Origin: Lachnospiraceae bacterium
Lineage (GTDB): Bacteria > Bacillota > Clostridia > Lachnospirales > Lachnospiraceae
Length of the DNA stretch: 64,000 nucleotides
Assembly: GCA_021770785.1 (NCBI GenBank)
Contig: JAETQH010000020.1
Location: 3,101-67,100 of the forward strand
Reading direction: 5' to 3'
In this document: positions 30,642 through 41,879 of the stretch, in pieces
Position numbering within the stretch: the stretch's first letter is position 1
Layout: the number at the start of each line of letters is the position of its first letter
The notes under the pieces: generated by a model
Seen by the model: the letters and a program-made list of their open reading frames with translations, nothing else
What the model was told of the DNA's origin: nothing
Database searches by the model: none
Program-made: the position numbers and the translations under genes

Positions 30642-30723
30642 AAACGAAATATTGCAAAAACATTGAATATGTAATGATATAGCATTATAATATAATCATA
30701 GAATCAGACAAGGAGGCATTTAT

Positions 30724-31020
30724 ATGGCAAGTACCATACAAATAAGAGTAGATGACGAATTGAAAAGAAAATCGGATAGTTTATTTAAGGACCTGGGAAC
30801 AGATACGACAACCGCTATACGTATGTTTTTGACACAGGCAGTAGCTTATAATGGGTTTCCGTTTGAAATTAAGCGGGTGGCAGAATGCACTCCATATGAA
30901 CCTATGACGGAAGAACAGATGTTGCAAAAGTTAGAACAGTCAAGAAAACATGCAGCAGAGGGAAAAGTAAAAGACGCAGATAACGTTGTAAAGGATATAA
31001 GGGAGAGATATGGCTTATAA
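30724..31020 (+). CDS. RelB/DinJ-family antitoxin
   Basis: IQIRVDDELK...LG.DTTTAIRMFL...GFPFEI; dyad TAATG-N6-CATTA at 30672-30687 upstream. Confidence 0.9.
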   Translation: MASTIQIRVDDELKRKSDSLFKDLGTDTTTAIRMFLTQAVAYNGFPFEIKRVAECTPYEPMTEEQMLQKLEQSRKHAAEGKVKDADNVVKDIRERYGL

Positions 31021-31324
31021 AGTATTGATTACATCTGATGCAGAAAATGTTTTGGAGGGATTCGTATCATATCTGTTGTTTGAAAAAAGAAACGAGCAGG
31101 CAGCCAAAAGCTTATTGGATGATTTTGAACTTACGAAGAAAAATCTTGAAAGAGTAGCAGGAAGCCTTAAATATTGTGAAAATCCAAGATTGAGAGAGTT
31201 GGGATATAAGAGAATAAATTTTATTTCCCACAGATATTTTATATTGTATCGGATAGAGGAAAATACAGTCATAGTAGATTATATATTTCATCAATTACAG
31301 GATTATGAAAATAAGTTTAATTAG
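31010..31324 (+). CDS. RelE/ParE-family toxin
   Basis: YKVLIT..AE...RYFILYRIEENTVIVDYIFH; overlaps the antitoxin. Confidence 0.88.
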   Translation: MAYKVLITSDAENVLEGFVSYLLFEKRNEQAAKSLLDDFELTKKNLERVAGSLKYCENPRLRELGYKRINFISHRYFILYRIEENTVIVDYIFHQLQDYENKFN

Positions 31325-31442
31325 TGAAAATTATGATATCTGTTGTAATGGTTCTCTAAAAATTTCTGTATATTTGCCCATGGAAGAAAACATACTACCA
31401 ATAGATTAGCAGGTCCGTCAAAGCCTGCCCATGGAGGTAGTA

Positions 31443-33509
31443 ATGAGTAATCATCTGAAAAATGAAAGCAGCCCATATCTGCGGCAGCACGCTGAAAATC
31501 CGGTGGACTGGTATCCCTGGTGTGAAGAAGCTTTTGAGAAAGCGAAGCGGGAAGATAAGCCTGTTTTCCTAAGCGTGGGCTACAGCACCTGCCATTGGTG
31601 CCACGTGATGGCGCACGAAAGCTTTGAAAATGAGAAAATTGCAGAGCTTTTGAACGAGTATTTTGTTCCTGTAAAAGTAGACAGAGAGGAACGCCCGGAT
31701 ATCGACAGTGTCTATATGGCAGTCTGCCAGATGCTTACCGGCAGCGGCGGCTGGCCCATGAGTATTTTTATGACGCCGGAGCAGAAACCTTTTTATGCAG
31801 GCACCTATTTTCCTCCCAATTCCCGCTACGGAATGCCGGGCTTTGGGGAACTGTTAGTGACCATAGCAGAGCACTGGAAAAGCAAAAGGGAAATGATATT
31901 GGAATCTGCGGAGAAAATATTTCGTCATGTCCGCTCTGAGGAAACTTCTAGTTTGGGAACAGATGCTTGGGAGAGGGGGCAGACAGGCGCACCCGGAGCA
32001 GAAACTTTTGAACAGGAGGTCCGCTCCGGGGCAGCACTTTCGCGGCAGCAGGATAGTCTTGGAGCAGAACTCCCGAAACAGGCAGCGGCGCTTTTTGCGG
32101 AAATGTTTGATTCAGAAAACGGAGGCTTCGGCAGAGCGCCAAAGTTTCCTACACCTCATAATCTTTTGTTTCTCACCCGATATGCACAATTAAAAAAAGA
32201 CATTGCGGCGATGGAGCAGGTGAAGCTGACTTTAAAAAAGATGCGGCAGGGAGGGATTTTTGACCAGATTGGCTATGGTTTTTCCAGATATTCCACCGAT
32301 GAACGCTTCTTAGTGCCCCATTTCGAAAAAATGCTCTACGACAATGCGCTTTTAATCATGGCTTATGCGGCGGCGTATCAGGCGGCAACGGGATTTCCGG
32401 GGGAAAAAGAGTTTCTCGAAACGGCGGAACAGACGGCGGACTATATCTTCCGGGAAATGACAGGGGAGCAGGGACAGTTTTACTCGGCGCAGGACGCGGA
32501 CAGTGATGGAGAAGAGGGAAAATTTTATGTCTGGGACTATGACGAAATCATAGCGTTTTTGGGAGAAACTCAGGGCAGGCGGTTTTGCGCCCAGTACGGC
32601 ATTACAAAGCAGGGAAATTTTGAGGGGAAAAATATCCCGAATCTTCTTTACACGGGAGGCAATGGCGCTCCCTATGAAGAGGAACGGAAAAAACTTTATG
32701 CTTACCGGAAGGAGCGGGGCAGACTGCACCTTGACGATAAAATCCTTACGTCGTGGAATGCCCTGATGATTGGAGCCATGACAGTGCTTTTCAGGGTGAC
32801 GGGAAAGGAAAAATATAGAAAGGCAGCAGAGCGGGCGGCAGCTTTTATAGAGGCAAAGCTTTCGGAGGGAAATTTGCTGTATGTCAGTTTCCGGGAGAAA
32901 GCGCATTCAGAATACGGTTTTTTGGATGACTATGCTTTTTACGGAATGGCATTGCTTTTGCTTTACGATGTAACGGGAGAAAGCGTTTATTTAGACCGGG
33001 CAGAGCAGATGCTAGACGAGGCAGAACGGCAGTTTGCAGATAAGGAGAGCGGAGGCTATTTTCTCTATAGTGGGAAACATGAAAGCCTGATTACCAGACC
33101 GAAAGAGACTTATGACGGGGCGATTCCCAGCGGAAATGCAGTGATGGCGTATGGTCTGGTGCGGCTCTGGGAGCTGACGGGGAAGGAAAGCTACAGAGAT
33201 TTAGCGGAAAGACAGCTGGCATTTCTTGCAAAAGCAGCAGCGGACTATCCGGCGGCGCATAGTATGTTTCTACTGGCGCTGCTGCGGTATCAGCATCCGG
33301 CGGAAAAGATTACGGTGGTGTTGGGCAGGGGAGATACCAGAGAGAAAATTCTGCCGAAGCTGCCGCTTTGGGCGGAGGTTCATTTCCTCTCGGAAGAAAC
33401 GGCGGAGTACCGGAGAAAAGAGGGGGAGACAACCTATTATGTGTGCAGGGATTATATGTGCCTGCCGCCCACCAATGATATAGCGATTGTACAACGGCAA
33501 CATCTATGA
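31443..33509 (+). CDS. YyaL/SSP411-like thioredoxin-domain protein
   Basis: [39 protein letters not shown]. Confidence 0.92.
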   Translation: MSNHLKNESSPYLRQHAENPVDWYPWCEEAFEKAKREDKPVFLSVGYSTCHWCHVMAHESFENEKIAELLNEYFVPVKVDREERPDIDSVYMAVCQMLTGSGGWPMSIFMTPEQKPFYAGTYFPPNSRYGMPGFGELLVTIAEHWKSKREMILESAEKIFRHVRSEETSSLGTDAWERGQTGAPGAETFEQEVRSGAALSRQQDSLGAELPKQAAALFAEMFDSENGGFGRAPKFPTPHNLLFLTRYAQLKKDIAAMEQVKLTLKKMRQGGIFDQIGYGFSRYSTDERFLVPHFEKMLYDNALLIMAYAAAYQAATGFPGEKEFLETAEQTADYIFREMTGEQGQFYSAQDADSDGEEGKFYVWDYDEIIAFLGETQGRRFCAQYGITKQGNFEGKNIPNLLYTGGNGAPYEEERKKLYAYRKERGRLHLDDKILTSWNALMIGAMTVLFRVTGKEKYRKAAERAAAFIEAKLSEGNLLYVSFREKAHSEYGFLDDYAFYGMALLLLYDVTGESVYLDRAEQMLDEAERQFADKESGGYFLYSGKHESLITRPKETYDGAIPSGNAVMAYGLVRLWELTGKESYRDLAERQLAFLAKAAADYPAAHSMFLLALLRYQHPAEKITVVLGRGDTREKILPKLPLWAEVHFLSEETAEYRRKEGETTYYVCRDYMCLPPTNDIAIVQRQHL

Positions 33510-33699
33510 GATGGTTTCTGTGGCGGAGATTTTGGTACATTTGCCGGAAGAAATATAGTAAAAAAGTAACAAAATAATTTGACAAAAAGGGCATCCCTGG
33601 AATATACTGATAGCATCAAGGCGTTTTTGAAAAAAGAGTAACAGAAAAGGGGAGCGCAGTGATGAAAAAAGTAACAAAAAGATACAGGGAGGAAGAATT

Positions 33700-34944
33700 A
33701 TGCAAAAGAAAAGCAAATGGATGAAAAAGATAGCCCTTTGTCTCACCATAGTGTTGGCTGTTGCACTGGTGCAGGGATGTGGCGGGCCAAAGACAGATGA
33801 GGATCGTCTTGCAGCTATGCAGGAGTTTACTTCTCCGGATGGCAGTGCGTCAATTTATCTGGACAAAAGCTGGGAAACCGAGGAGGGGCAGTATGAAGGC
33901 TGGCTGTTTGCAGGCAGTCAGGACGGCAGGGAGGCTCTATTTTTACTGCAGTTTCCGAAAAAGGGCGTGAACCGTATGGTTGTGGATATGGAAGATATGA
34001 AAACCCAGGTAAAGGAAACCTATGGTATTTCCGGAGAGACAGAGGCGGAAACACCGGAGCTTCCCGGCGTGGAAAACGTAAGCGCACAGACCGTAACCCT
34101 TCAGTTGGGCGGTCAGACCGCAGATTGTTATCTCGTTTACGGGGAAACGGATTATGCTTATTATTCCTTTATGTTTGTTGCTTATACAATGAATGATGAT
34201 GTGATACCAAATGCGAAGGTAAGCTGTTCTAAGTTTGTGGAGCAGGCGCCGGAGGAAGAGGATTCTACAACGGTGGAAATCACTGATACTGTCCGTTGGT
34301 TCAATGCGTCCTATGCGATACTGACAGAGATAAACGGCTGTGACTATAACCGCTTTGCGGGGCTTCCGGCAAATGAAGAGTCGAAGGCGCTAGAACAGCA
34401 ATCCTTAAGCGAATGGTGGGGCGTGACAGACCGGGCTTCTGCGGACGAAACTTTAGACTGGGCATTGAATGAGGGACACCGTGCGAACTTTGTGGAAGAG
34501 ATGGATTATCTGAAACAGGGTGGATTTTTTGAGATGGATGATGCGGGAAGAACGGCTTTCTTAGAGGAAAATTTCAACTACGATTCTGACGAGATTACTT
34601 ACTATGCAGCCTTTTACCCAAGTGCTTATGAAGCCTATGAGCAGAACGGTGCAAAAGCCATTGCAGGCTGGGATTACTGCCGTGCCATGAACCTTTTAAG
34701 CTTTTATTATCTTGCAGGTTATTATACCGAGACGGAAGCGTTAGACAAATCCTTGGAGATTGCACAGATGATTCAGCCGGAATTTACATCCTGGGACGAG
34801 ATGATGGAGAGCTATCTGCTGGGATATGAATACTGGGGACAGGAAAGTTCTGACGAGCGCCGTGGTATTTATGAGGATTTAAAAGGAAGAGCGGATAACC
34901 CATATGCGGTAGATTACAATTTAACTCTTGAAAAAACGTGGTAA
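33700..34944 (+). CDS. Lipoprotein with C-terminal DUF1266-like domain
   Basis: Lipobox VQGC; WWGVTD, GWDYCRA...YLAGYYTETEA, SWDEMMESYLLG. Confidence 0.75.
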   Translation: MQKKSKWMKKIALCLTIVLAVALVQGCGGPKTDEDRLAAMQEFTSPDGSASIYLDKSWETEEGQYEGWLFAGSQDGREALFLLQFPKKGVNRMVVDMEDMKTQVKETYGISGETEAETPELPGVENVSAQTVTLQLGGQTADCYLVYGETDYAYYSFMFVAYTMNDDVIPNAKVSCSKFVEQAPEEEDSTTVEITDTVRWFNASYAILTEINGCDYNRFAGLPANEESKALEQQSLSEWWGVTDRASADETLDWALNEGHRANFVEEMDYLKQGGFFEMDDAGRTAFLEENFNYDSDEITYYAAFYPSAYEAYEQNGAKAIAGWDYCRAMNLLSFYYLAGYYTETEALDKSLEIAQMIQPEFTSWDEMMESYLLGYEYWGQESSDERRGIYEDLKGRADNPYAVDYNLTLEKTW

Positions 34945-35215
34945 TTATATTTAAGGAAAGAACAGGGCGGAGAGCCTGCTGTCGGAAGGAAGAATATTCC
35001 GGCAGCAGGCTCCTGTTTTTTACTTTTGCAGGAAACGGCGGAACTATAGTTACCTGCAACCCTTGTGAGCATCACGAAGTGACGATTTTTTGGTGGAGCG
35101 GTTTTTTGGGGGTAATAAAAGATTGACGCACCTTATCACAATCCCTTATAATACAGAAAGGTAACCCGGTTTCTGCTGCATTTTTGTAAGCCGGGGCAGG
35201 ACAGGAGGAAATAGC

Positions 35216-37027
35216 ATGTCAATGGACCAGAGTAAAATTCGTAATTTTTGTATTATAGCTCATATCGACCACGGCAAATCAACCCTTGCCGACCGTATCA
35301 TAGAGCGGACCGGAACACTGACCAGCAGGGAAATGCAGGCGCAGGTGCTTGACAACATGGAGTTAGAGCGGGAGCGTGGAATCACCATCAAATCCCAGGC
35401 AGTCCGCATTATTTATAAGGCGAAGGACGGGGAGGAATATATTTTTAACCTTATTGATACGCCGGGACACGTGGATTTCAATTATGAGGTGTCCCGGAGC
35501 CTTGCCGCCTGCGACGGGGCAATCCTTGTGGTGGACGCCGCCCAGGGGGTAGAGGCGCAGACTTTAGCCAATGTGTATTTAGCCTTAGACCATGACCTTG
35601 ATGTAATGCCGGTTATCAATAAGATAGATTTACCCAGCGCCCAGCCGGAGGCGGTGATTCAGGAGATTGAGGACGTGATTGGAATCGAGGCTTCCGATGC
35701 GCCGAAGATTTCCGCCAAGACAGGCTTAAATATTGAAGAAGTGCTAGAGCAGATTGTAGAGAAAATTCCGGCACCCGCAGGAGATGCCGCAGCACCTTTA
35801 AAAGCGTTAATTTTTGATGCACTTTACGATTCCTATAAGGGAGTTATCGTTTTCTGCCGTATCAAAGAGGGAACGGTGAAGGTGGGAGACACGGTGCTGA
35901 TGATGGCAACCGGGGCAAAATCAGACGTGACGGAGGTGGGATATTTTGGCGCAGGGCAGTTTATTCCCTGTGAGGAATTATCGGCAGGCATGGTAGGTTA
36001 TCTCTGTGCCAGCATTAAAAATGTCAGGGATACCCGTGTGGGCGATACCGTTACCAATGCGTCACGCCCCTGCGTGGAACCACTGCCGGGCTATAAAAAA
36101 GTTAATCCCATGGTTTACTGTGGCATGTATCCGGCGGACAGTGCGAAATACCCGGATTTGAGGGACGCACTGGAAAAATTGCAGATTAATGACGCTTCGC
36201 TGCAGTATGAGCCGGAGACTTCTTTAGCGTTAGGCTTTGGTTTCCGCTGCGGTTTTTTAGGGCTGCTGCATTTAGAGATTATCCAGGAGCGGTTAGAGCG
36301 TGAATTTAACTTGGATTTAGTGACCACAGCGCCGGGCGTTATCTATAAGGTATACAAGACCAACGGGGAGGTCATCGAGCTGACCAATCCCTCCAATCTG
36401 CCGGACCCGTCAGAGATTGACTATATGGAGGAACCGGTGGTGTCGGCGGAAATCATGGTGACCAGCGACTATGTGGGCGCCATCATGACTCTGTGCCAGG
36501 AGCGCCGGGGCGTGTATATCAGCATGGAATATTTAGAGGAAACCCGTGCTCTGATTAAATATGATTTGCCGCTAAACGAGATTATTTACGATTTCTTTGA
36601 CGCATTAAAATCCCGTTCCAGAGGCTATGCTTCCTTTGACTATGAGTTAAAGGGCTACGAGCGTTCCGAGCTGGTAAAATTAGACATCTTAATCAACCGG
36701 GAGCAGGTGGACGCCCTGTCCTTTATCGTGTTTAAAGACAGTGCTTACGAGCGGGGCAGAAAAATGTGCGAGAAACTAAAGGAAGAGATTCCGAGGCACT
36801 TATTCGAAATCCCAATTCAGGCAGCCGTGGGCGGAAAAGTTATCGCCAGGGAGACCGTAAAGGCAATGCGCAAGGATGTCCTTGCCAAGTGTTACGGCGG
36901 CGATATTTCCCGTAAGAGAAAGCTGCTTGAAAAACAGAAAGAGGGAAAGAAGAGAATGCGCCAGGTGGGCAATGTGGAAATCCCACAGGAGGCATTTATG
37001 AGTGTGCTGAAATTAGATGAGGATTAG
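35216..37027 (+). CDS. lepA: Elongation factor 4
   Basis: [40 protein letters not shown]. Confidence 0.98.
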   Translation: MSMDQSKIRNFCIIAHIDHGKSTLADRIIERTGTLTSREMQAQVLDNMELERERGITIKSQAVRIIYKAKDGEEYIFNLIDTPGHVDFNYEVSRSLAACDGAILVVDAAQGVEAQTLANVYLALDHDLDVMPVINKIDLPSAQPEAVIQEIEDVIGIEASDAPKISAKTGLNIEEVLEQIVEKIPAPAGDAAAPLKALIFDALYDSYKGVIVFCRIKEGTVKVGDTVLMMATGAKSDVTEVGYFGAGQFIPCEELSAGMVGYLCASIKNVRDTRVGDTVTNASRPCVEPLPGYKKVNPMVYCGMYPADSAKYPDLRDALEKLQINDASLQYEPETSLALGFGFRCGFLGLLHLEIIQERLEREFNLDLVTTAPGVIYKVYKTNGEVIELTNPSNLPDPSEIDYMEEPVVSAEIMVTSDYVGAIMTLCQERRGVYISMEYLEETRALIKYDLPLNEIIYDFFDALKSRSRGYASFDYELKGYERSELVKLDILINREQVDALSFIVFKDSAYERGRKMCEKLKEEIPRHLFEIPIQAAVGGKVIARETVKAMRKDVLAKCYGGDISRKRKLLEKQKEGKKRMRQVGNVEIPQEAFMSVLKLDED

Positions 37028-37030
37028 GAT

Positions 37031-38260
37031 ATGGGAAAAAAAGAATTAGAGCTTTATATCCATATTCCCTTTTGCGTAAAAAAATGTAATTACTGTGATT
37101 TTCTTTCCTTTCCGGCAGACGAAAGTACCCAGGAGGATTATGTGATTGCGCTGAAAAAGGAGATTGCCTTTTATGGGAGGCAGTATCCGGGGCGGGTTTT
37201 GACGACGGTTTATATCGGAGGCGGGACTCCCTCCTGGCTCACGGAGCGTTATATGGCGGAGATTTTGTCGGAGGTGTTCCGCAGTTTTACTGTGGCGCCG
37301 GAGGCGGAGATTTCCATTGAGTGCAATCCGGGAACCATTACCGGCCATAAGTTTCAGGTGTATCGGGACAGTGGCATTAACCGCTTAAGCATCGGGCTGC
37401 AATCGGCGGACAATGAGGAATTAAAGGTGATAGGGCGGATACACACATGGGAGCAGTTCTTAAAAACCTATGAGATGGCGCGGGATCACGGGTTTTCCAA
37501 TATCAATATTGACCTCATGTATTCCCTGCCGGGGCAGACGGCGGAAACATGGTATGCTTCCCTGCAGAAAGTGCTGCGGTTAAGACCGGAGCACATTTCA
37601 GCCTATTCCCTTATCATAGAAAAGGGGACGCCCTTTTATGATTTGTATAAATTCGATGCGGTAAAACAGCAGGCGGGACTGCCGACGGACGCCCTGCCGA
37701 CCGAAGAGGAAGTTTACCGGATGACGAAGATGACGGAGCAGCTGCTAAAAGAGGCGGGATATGAGCATTATGAAATCTCTAATTTTGCCCTGCCGGGGTT
37801 TGCCTGCCGCCACAATATCGGTTACTGGAAACGTATCGATTATCTGGGAGTGGGATTAGGTTCTGCCTCTCTGTTAGATAATATTCGCTACACCAATACC
37901 AATGAACTTTATACGTATCTAAAAGAGGCGGAACACCTCCGTGCCGGATTATGGCAGCAGGAGCAGGCGGACGGAACGACAGCAGAGCTGCCCGCCGTAA
38001 ATCTTCATGCTGCAGTGGAGCCGGTGGGAAGAAAAGCGCAGATGGAGGAAACCATGTTTTTAGGGATGCGTATGACAGAGGGGGTCTACCGCACGGAATT
38101 TGAGAGGAACTTCGGTATTCCGGTGGAGGCGGTCTATGGAACGGTATTGCAGCATTTGCAGGAGGAAAAACTCCTTTTGAAGCGGGAGGGCAGGATTTTC
38201 CTCACGGAAATGGGGCAGGATGTGAGCAATTACGTGTTGGCACAGTTTTTGTTAGATTAA
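37031..38260 (+). CDS. hemW: Radical SAM heme chaperone
   Basis: YIHIPFCVKKCNYCDF, GGGTP, YEISN, HNIGYW; follows lepA. Confidence 0.92.
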   Translation: MGKKELELYIHIPFCVKKCNYCDFLSFPADESTQEDYVIALKKEIAFYGRQYPGRVLTTVYIGGGTPSWLTERYMAEILSEVFRSFTVAPEAEISIECNPGTITGHKFQVYRDSGINRLSIGLQSADNEELKVIGRIHTWEQFLKTYEMARDHGFSNINIDLMYSLPGQTAETWYASLQKVLRLRPEHISAYSLIIEKGTPFYDLYKFDAVKQQAGLPTDALPTEEEVYRMTKMTEQLLKEAGYEHYEISNFALPGFACRHNIGYWKRIDYLGVGLGSASLLDNIRYTNTNELYTYLKEAEHLRAGLWQQEQADGTTAELPAVNLHAAVEPVGRKAQMEETMFLGMRMTEGVYRTEFERNFGIPVEAVYGTVLQHLQEEKLLLKREGRIFLTEMGQDVSNYVLAQFLLD

Positions 38261-38361
38261 GAGAAAATCAGAAATTCTTAAGAAATTATTCAGTAGTCTT
38301 TTCTTTGGGGATAAGGTATGATGATAAGTAGGAAATAATAACAGAAAGAACGGGCTTTAAC

Positions 38362-39903
38362 GTGGGAAGACGAAGGAAAAAAATTCTAAAAAATCTGATA
38401 TGTATTACCTATTGCGCTATTGAGCTGGGGATTGTCCTGTTGGCGTTTAAGGGTATGGAGCGTGTGATAGAAAAGGTTTATCCGGCAGCCGCGGATTTGC
38501 CTGTGATTGAAGGGGAAGTTCTGGTATTAGACGGGGAAACGGATACTACCCTAGAAGAGGACAAGCTGACGGTCTGCATTGACGCAGGACATGGCGGAAA
38601 GGATAACGGTTCCGATTACCGTCTGCGTTATGAGAAAAATGATAACTTGAAAATAGCCCAGGCAGTGGCGGCATATCTGACAGAGCAGGGAGTACAGGTG
38701 ATTATGACCCGCAGTGATGATACTTTTTTGTCCTTAGAGGAACGCACTGCTTTTGCCAATGAGAAGGGGGCAGATTATTTTGTGTCCCTGCACCGGAATA
38801 CGGGGGACGGAAACGGAGTGGAGACCTGGATTCGCAGTAACGCCGGAGAGGAAACGGAAGCCTTGGCGGAGAATATTATGCAGGGGCTTTCTGCCGTGGG
38901 AATTCAGCGAGACCGTGGCGTGAAAAAGGGCACCCAGAAAAGCGAATCCAAGGATTATTATGTCAATCTCCACACCACTATGCCGGCGTGTATTGTGGAG
39001 CTGGGCTTTATGAACAGTGTTGCCGATAATCAGCTGTTTGACGAGCATTTGACAGAATATGCAAAGGCAATTGGCAATGCGGTGCTTGCCACCTATGAGG
39101 CATACGGGCAGTCTGGCGATGCCGTGGGAGAGAGCGTTCCGGAAACCACAGAGGCTTCTACAGAAACGGCAAATACAGGACAGGTGCTAAGCAATCCGGT
39201 GGTGGAAAATGTGGAGGCCTTGGACAGTACCAGCCAGGAATGGGGACAGGGCGTTAATATGGATGAGAAAAACCGCCCCACAGGCGCTTTGATGCTGCAG
39301 GAAAAATACGGGAAATATAGCGCTTATTTTATCGGGGAAGAAAGTCAGACCATTTATCTCACCTTTGATGAGGGGTATGAGTACGGACAGACGGAAAGTA
39401 TTTTAAATACATTAAAGGAAAAAGGAGTGAAGGCAACCTTTTTTGTGACGAAACCTTATGCGGAGGATGAGCCGGAACTGGTAAGACGTATGATTGACGA
39501 GGGGCATATCCTTGGAAACCACAGCGTCACCCATCCCTCTAAGGGGCTTCCCTCCCAGACCTTAGAGCAGCAGCAGAACGAGGTAATGGGAAATCACGAA
39601 TATATCAAGGAAAATTTCGGATATGACATGTATCTGTTCCGCTATCCCACTGGGCGTTTCAGTGAGCAGTCCCTTGCCATGGTGAATAACTGTAATTATA
39701 AGAGCATATTCTGGAGTTTTGCCTATCTGGACTATGATGTGAATAACCAGCCGGACAGGACGGCAAGCCTTGCAAAATTAAAGGAGCGTCTGCATCCGGG
39801 GGCTATCTATCTGCTCCATGCGGAGTCGGAGACCAATGCGGCAATTTTAGGGGACTTTATTGACGCTGCAACGGCGGCGGGATATGAGTTTGGCACGATG
39901 TAG
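38362..39903 (+). CDS. Membrane-anchored Amidase_3 + PdaA-like polysaccharide deacetylase fusion
   Basis: IDAGHGG, EK, SLHRN, VELGFM (amidase); LTFDEGY, NHSVTH, FRYPTG, YLLHA (CE4). Confidence 0.88.
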   Translation: MGRRRKKILKNLICITYCAIELGIVLLAFKGMERVIEKVYPAAADLPVIEGEVLVLDGETDTTLEEDKLTVCIDAGHGGKDNGSDYRLRYEKNDNLKIAQAVAAYLTEQGVQVIMTRSDDTFLSLEERTAFANEKGADYFVSLHRNTGDGNGVETWIRSNAGEETEALAENIMQGLSAVGIQRDRGVKKGTQKSESKDYYVNLHTTMPACIVELGFMNSVADNQLFDEHLTEYAKAIGNAVLATYEAYGQSGDAVGESVPETTEASTETANTGQVLSNPVVENVEALDSTSQEWGQGVNMDEKNRPTGALMLQEKYGKYSAYFIGEESQTIYLTFDEGYEYGQTESILNTLKEKGVKATFFVTKPYAEDEPELVRRMIDEGHILGNHSVTHPSKGLPSQTLEQQQNEVMGNHEYIKENFGYDMYLFRYPTGRFSEQSLAMVNNCNYKSIFWSFAYLDYDVNNQPDRTASLAKLKERLHPGAIYLLHAESETNAAILGDFIDAATAAGYEFGTM

Positions 39904-39945
39904 GTTTTCTGTGCGATGACATAAGTTACAAAAAGGATAAATAAG

Positions 39946-41232
39946 ATGGAATATACATTATATGAACTGGCAGTTTACTTTCTGGTGTACTCTTTTATCG
40001 GCTGGCTGTTAGAGACCTGTTATCTTGCGATAAAAGAGCGCCGTTTTTTTAACAGGGGATTTATCAATCTTCCTCTTCACCCCGCCTATGGCGTTGCCTT
40101 TGATATTTTGCTTGTGGTACTGCCTACTTTACGGGGAAGCTATCTGCTGCAATTTATCGTGGTTATGGTAGTGACAGCTGTGGCGGACAGGATGTCGAAA
40201 GCGCTGGTGAGCCGTATCAGCGGCGGTGTGCTGGGCGGCGAGGAAGATGACAGCCTGCTTTCCGGCAGCAGGAGGGGATTGTGGATTTCCCTTATGGCGG
40301 CAGCGGCAACCTATCTGATCTATCTGGTGCTTCATCCGCTTCTGGTAGCGTTGGTCTATCTGCTGCCGGAGCTTGCTGTGCAGATTACGGCAGGTGCATT
40401 GCTGATTTTCCTTGCCCTGGACTTTGTCACGGTTTTTTATGCGGTGAGAAAAGGCGGGCACGGGGCAATCCCCGACCGTAAGCTGACCAGTGCCCAGAAG
40501 TTAGGCAGCCATATCTCTGATTTTATCTGGAGACGCCTCCAAAAGGCATATCCCGGAATTGGCAGTGTGAAAGAAATGGACGGCAGCGGGGTGGTATTTG
40601 CCAGGGGAATCTGCTTTGACAAGCTGGTGTGGGTCTTTTTCGTGTCGGCGCTGATTGGGGATATCATCGAAATGCTGTATTGCCGTTTTACCGGAGGAGT
40701 GTGGATGAACCGATCTAGTGTTCTGTACGGGACTTTCAGCTTTGTCTGGGGCTTTGGGGCAGTGGTTTTGACGGTGTCACTGCAGCATTTGGCAGGAAAA
40801 CAGGACCGTCATGTGTTTTTTGCAGGATTTTTGGTAGGCGGCGTCTATGAATATCTGTGCAGCGTGTTTACGGAGGTAGTCTTTGGAACCGTGTTCTGGG
40901 ACTATAGCTGGATGCCATTAAATATCGGCGGGCGTACCAATGTGCTGTACTGCTTTTTCTGGGGGCTTTTGGCGGTGTTCTGGATAAAGATTGTGTACCC
41001 GCCCATGAGCAGCTCCATTGAAAAGATTCCGCCGCTGGCGGGGAAAGTCATGACGTGGGTGGTGATTCTTTTTATGGTATGCAACGGGTTTCTGACAGCG
41101 GCGGTGATGGTGAGATATACCGAGAGACACAGCGGGCAGACACCTCCGAAAGCATTAGCTAGGCTGTTAGATGAGCAGTATGATGATGCGTTCGTGGAAC
41201 GGAGATGGCCGAATATGAAGATGGCGGAGTAA
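39946..41232 (+). CDS. Putative membrane transporter permease (duplicated CmpB/TMEM229-like domains)
   Basis: YSFIGWLLE...NRGF and IGDIIE...FWDYS.MPLNIGGR repeats; multiple TM segments. Confidence 0.75.
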   Translation: MEYTLYELAVYFLVYSFIGWLLETCYLAIKERRFFNRGFINLPLHPAYGVAFDILLVVLPTLRGSYLLQFIVVMVVTAVADRMSKALVSRISGGVLGGEEDDSLLSGSRRGLWISLMAAAATYLIYLVLHPLLVALVYLLPELAVQITAGALLIFLALDFVTVFYAVRKGGHGAIPDRKLTSAQKLGSHISDFIWRRLQKAYPGIGSVKEMDGSGVVFARGICFDKLVWVFFVSALIGDIIEMLYCRFTGGVWMNRSSVLYGTFSFVWGFGAVVLTVSLQHLAGKQDRHVFFAGFLVGGVYEYLCSVFTEVVFGTVFWDYSWMPLNIGGRTNVLYCFFWGLLAVFWIKIVYPPMSSSIEKIPPLAGKVMTWVVILFMVCNGFLTAAVMVRYTERHSGQTPPKALARLLDEQYDDAFVERRWPNMKMAE

Positions 41233-41594
41233 AAAGCATTGAAAAATATCCGTATTCATGTTACCATTAAGTACACTTTGCAAAGAGCATTGAAAATCCT
41301 TTTTGCGATAGTGGAAAATGAATAATCTGAAAACAGAATGTGGCACTGACACTGAAATGAAAATCATTGAGGTGAAAGGTATGGCATAACAGAAAGAAAA
41401 ACGGGGCTAGAGCTATACCTATTTTTGGGTATGGCTTTTTTAATGCACACGGGTGCGGAGTGGAAGGATGCAGCAAGAGCTGCCCGCACCCGGCGCAGCG
41501 AGTAGGGAAAAATTCTTCCCTACTCGATTGATTAAAACCATAGGAAAAAGTAAAGTCTGCAAAGAAAAAGTCAGGCAGAAGAAAGGCAGAAAAA

Positions 41595-41843
41595 ATGGAG
41601 ACACGAGTTGCATTAATCGGGATTATTGTAGAAAATGTAGAATCTACCCCCCAGCTAAACCAGCTTTTACATGAGTATGGAAGCTATATCATCGGAAGAA
41701 TGGGAATCCCCTACCGGGAGAAGAAAGTAAATATCATCAGCGTGGCGATTGACGCACCTGGGGACGTGATAAACGCCCTGTCCGGGAAAATCGGGCGTTT
41801 AGAGGGGATTACCGCTAAAACAGCTTACTCGAATATTGTTTAG
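41595..41843 (+). CDS. TM1266-family iron-only hydrogenase system putative regulator
   Basis: ACT-like 82 aa, IIGRMGIPY...LSGKIG; heads the hyd maturation cluster. Confidence 0.88.
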   Translation: METRVALIGIIVENVESTPQLNQLLHEYGSYIIGRMGIPYREKKVNIISVAIDAPGDVINALSGKIGRLEGITAKTAYSNIV

Positions 41844-41879
41844 TGGACTAATACAGGACGAAAACAGAGAGGAAAAAAC

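Noticed and set aside
30724-31324. RelB/RelE pair as a novel system
   Set aside because: Ordinary type II toxin-antitoxin organisation
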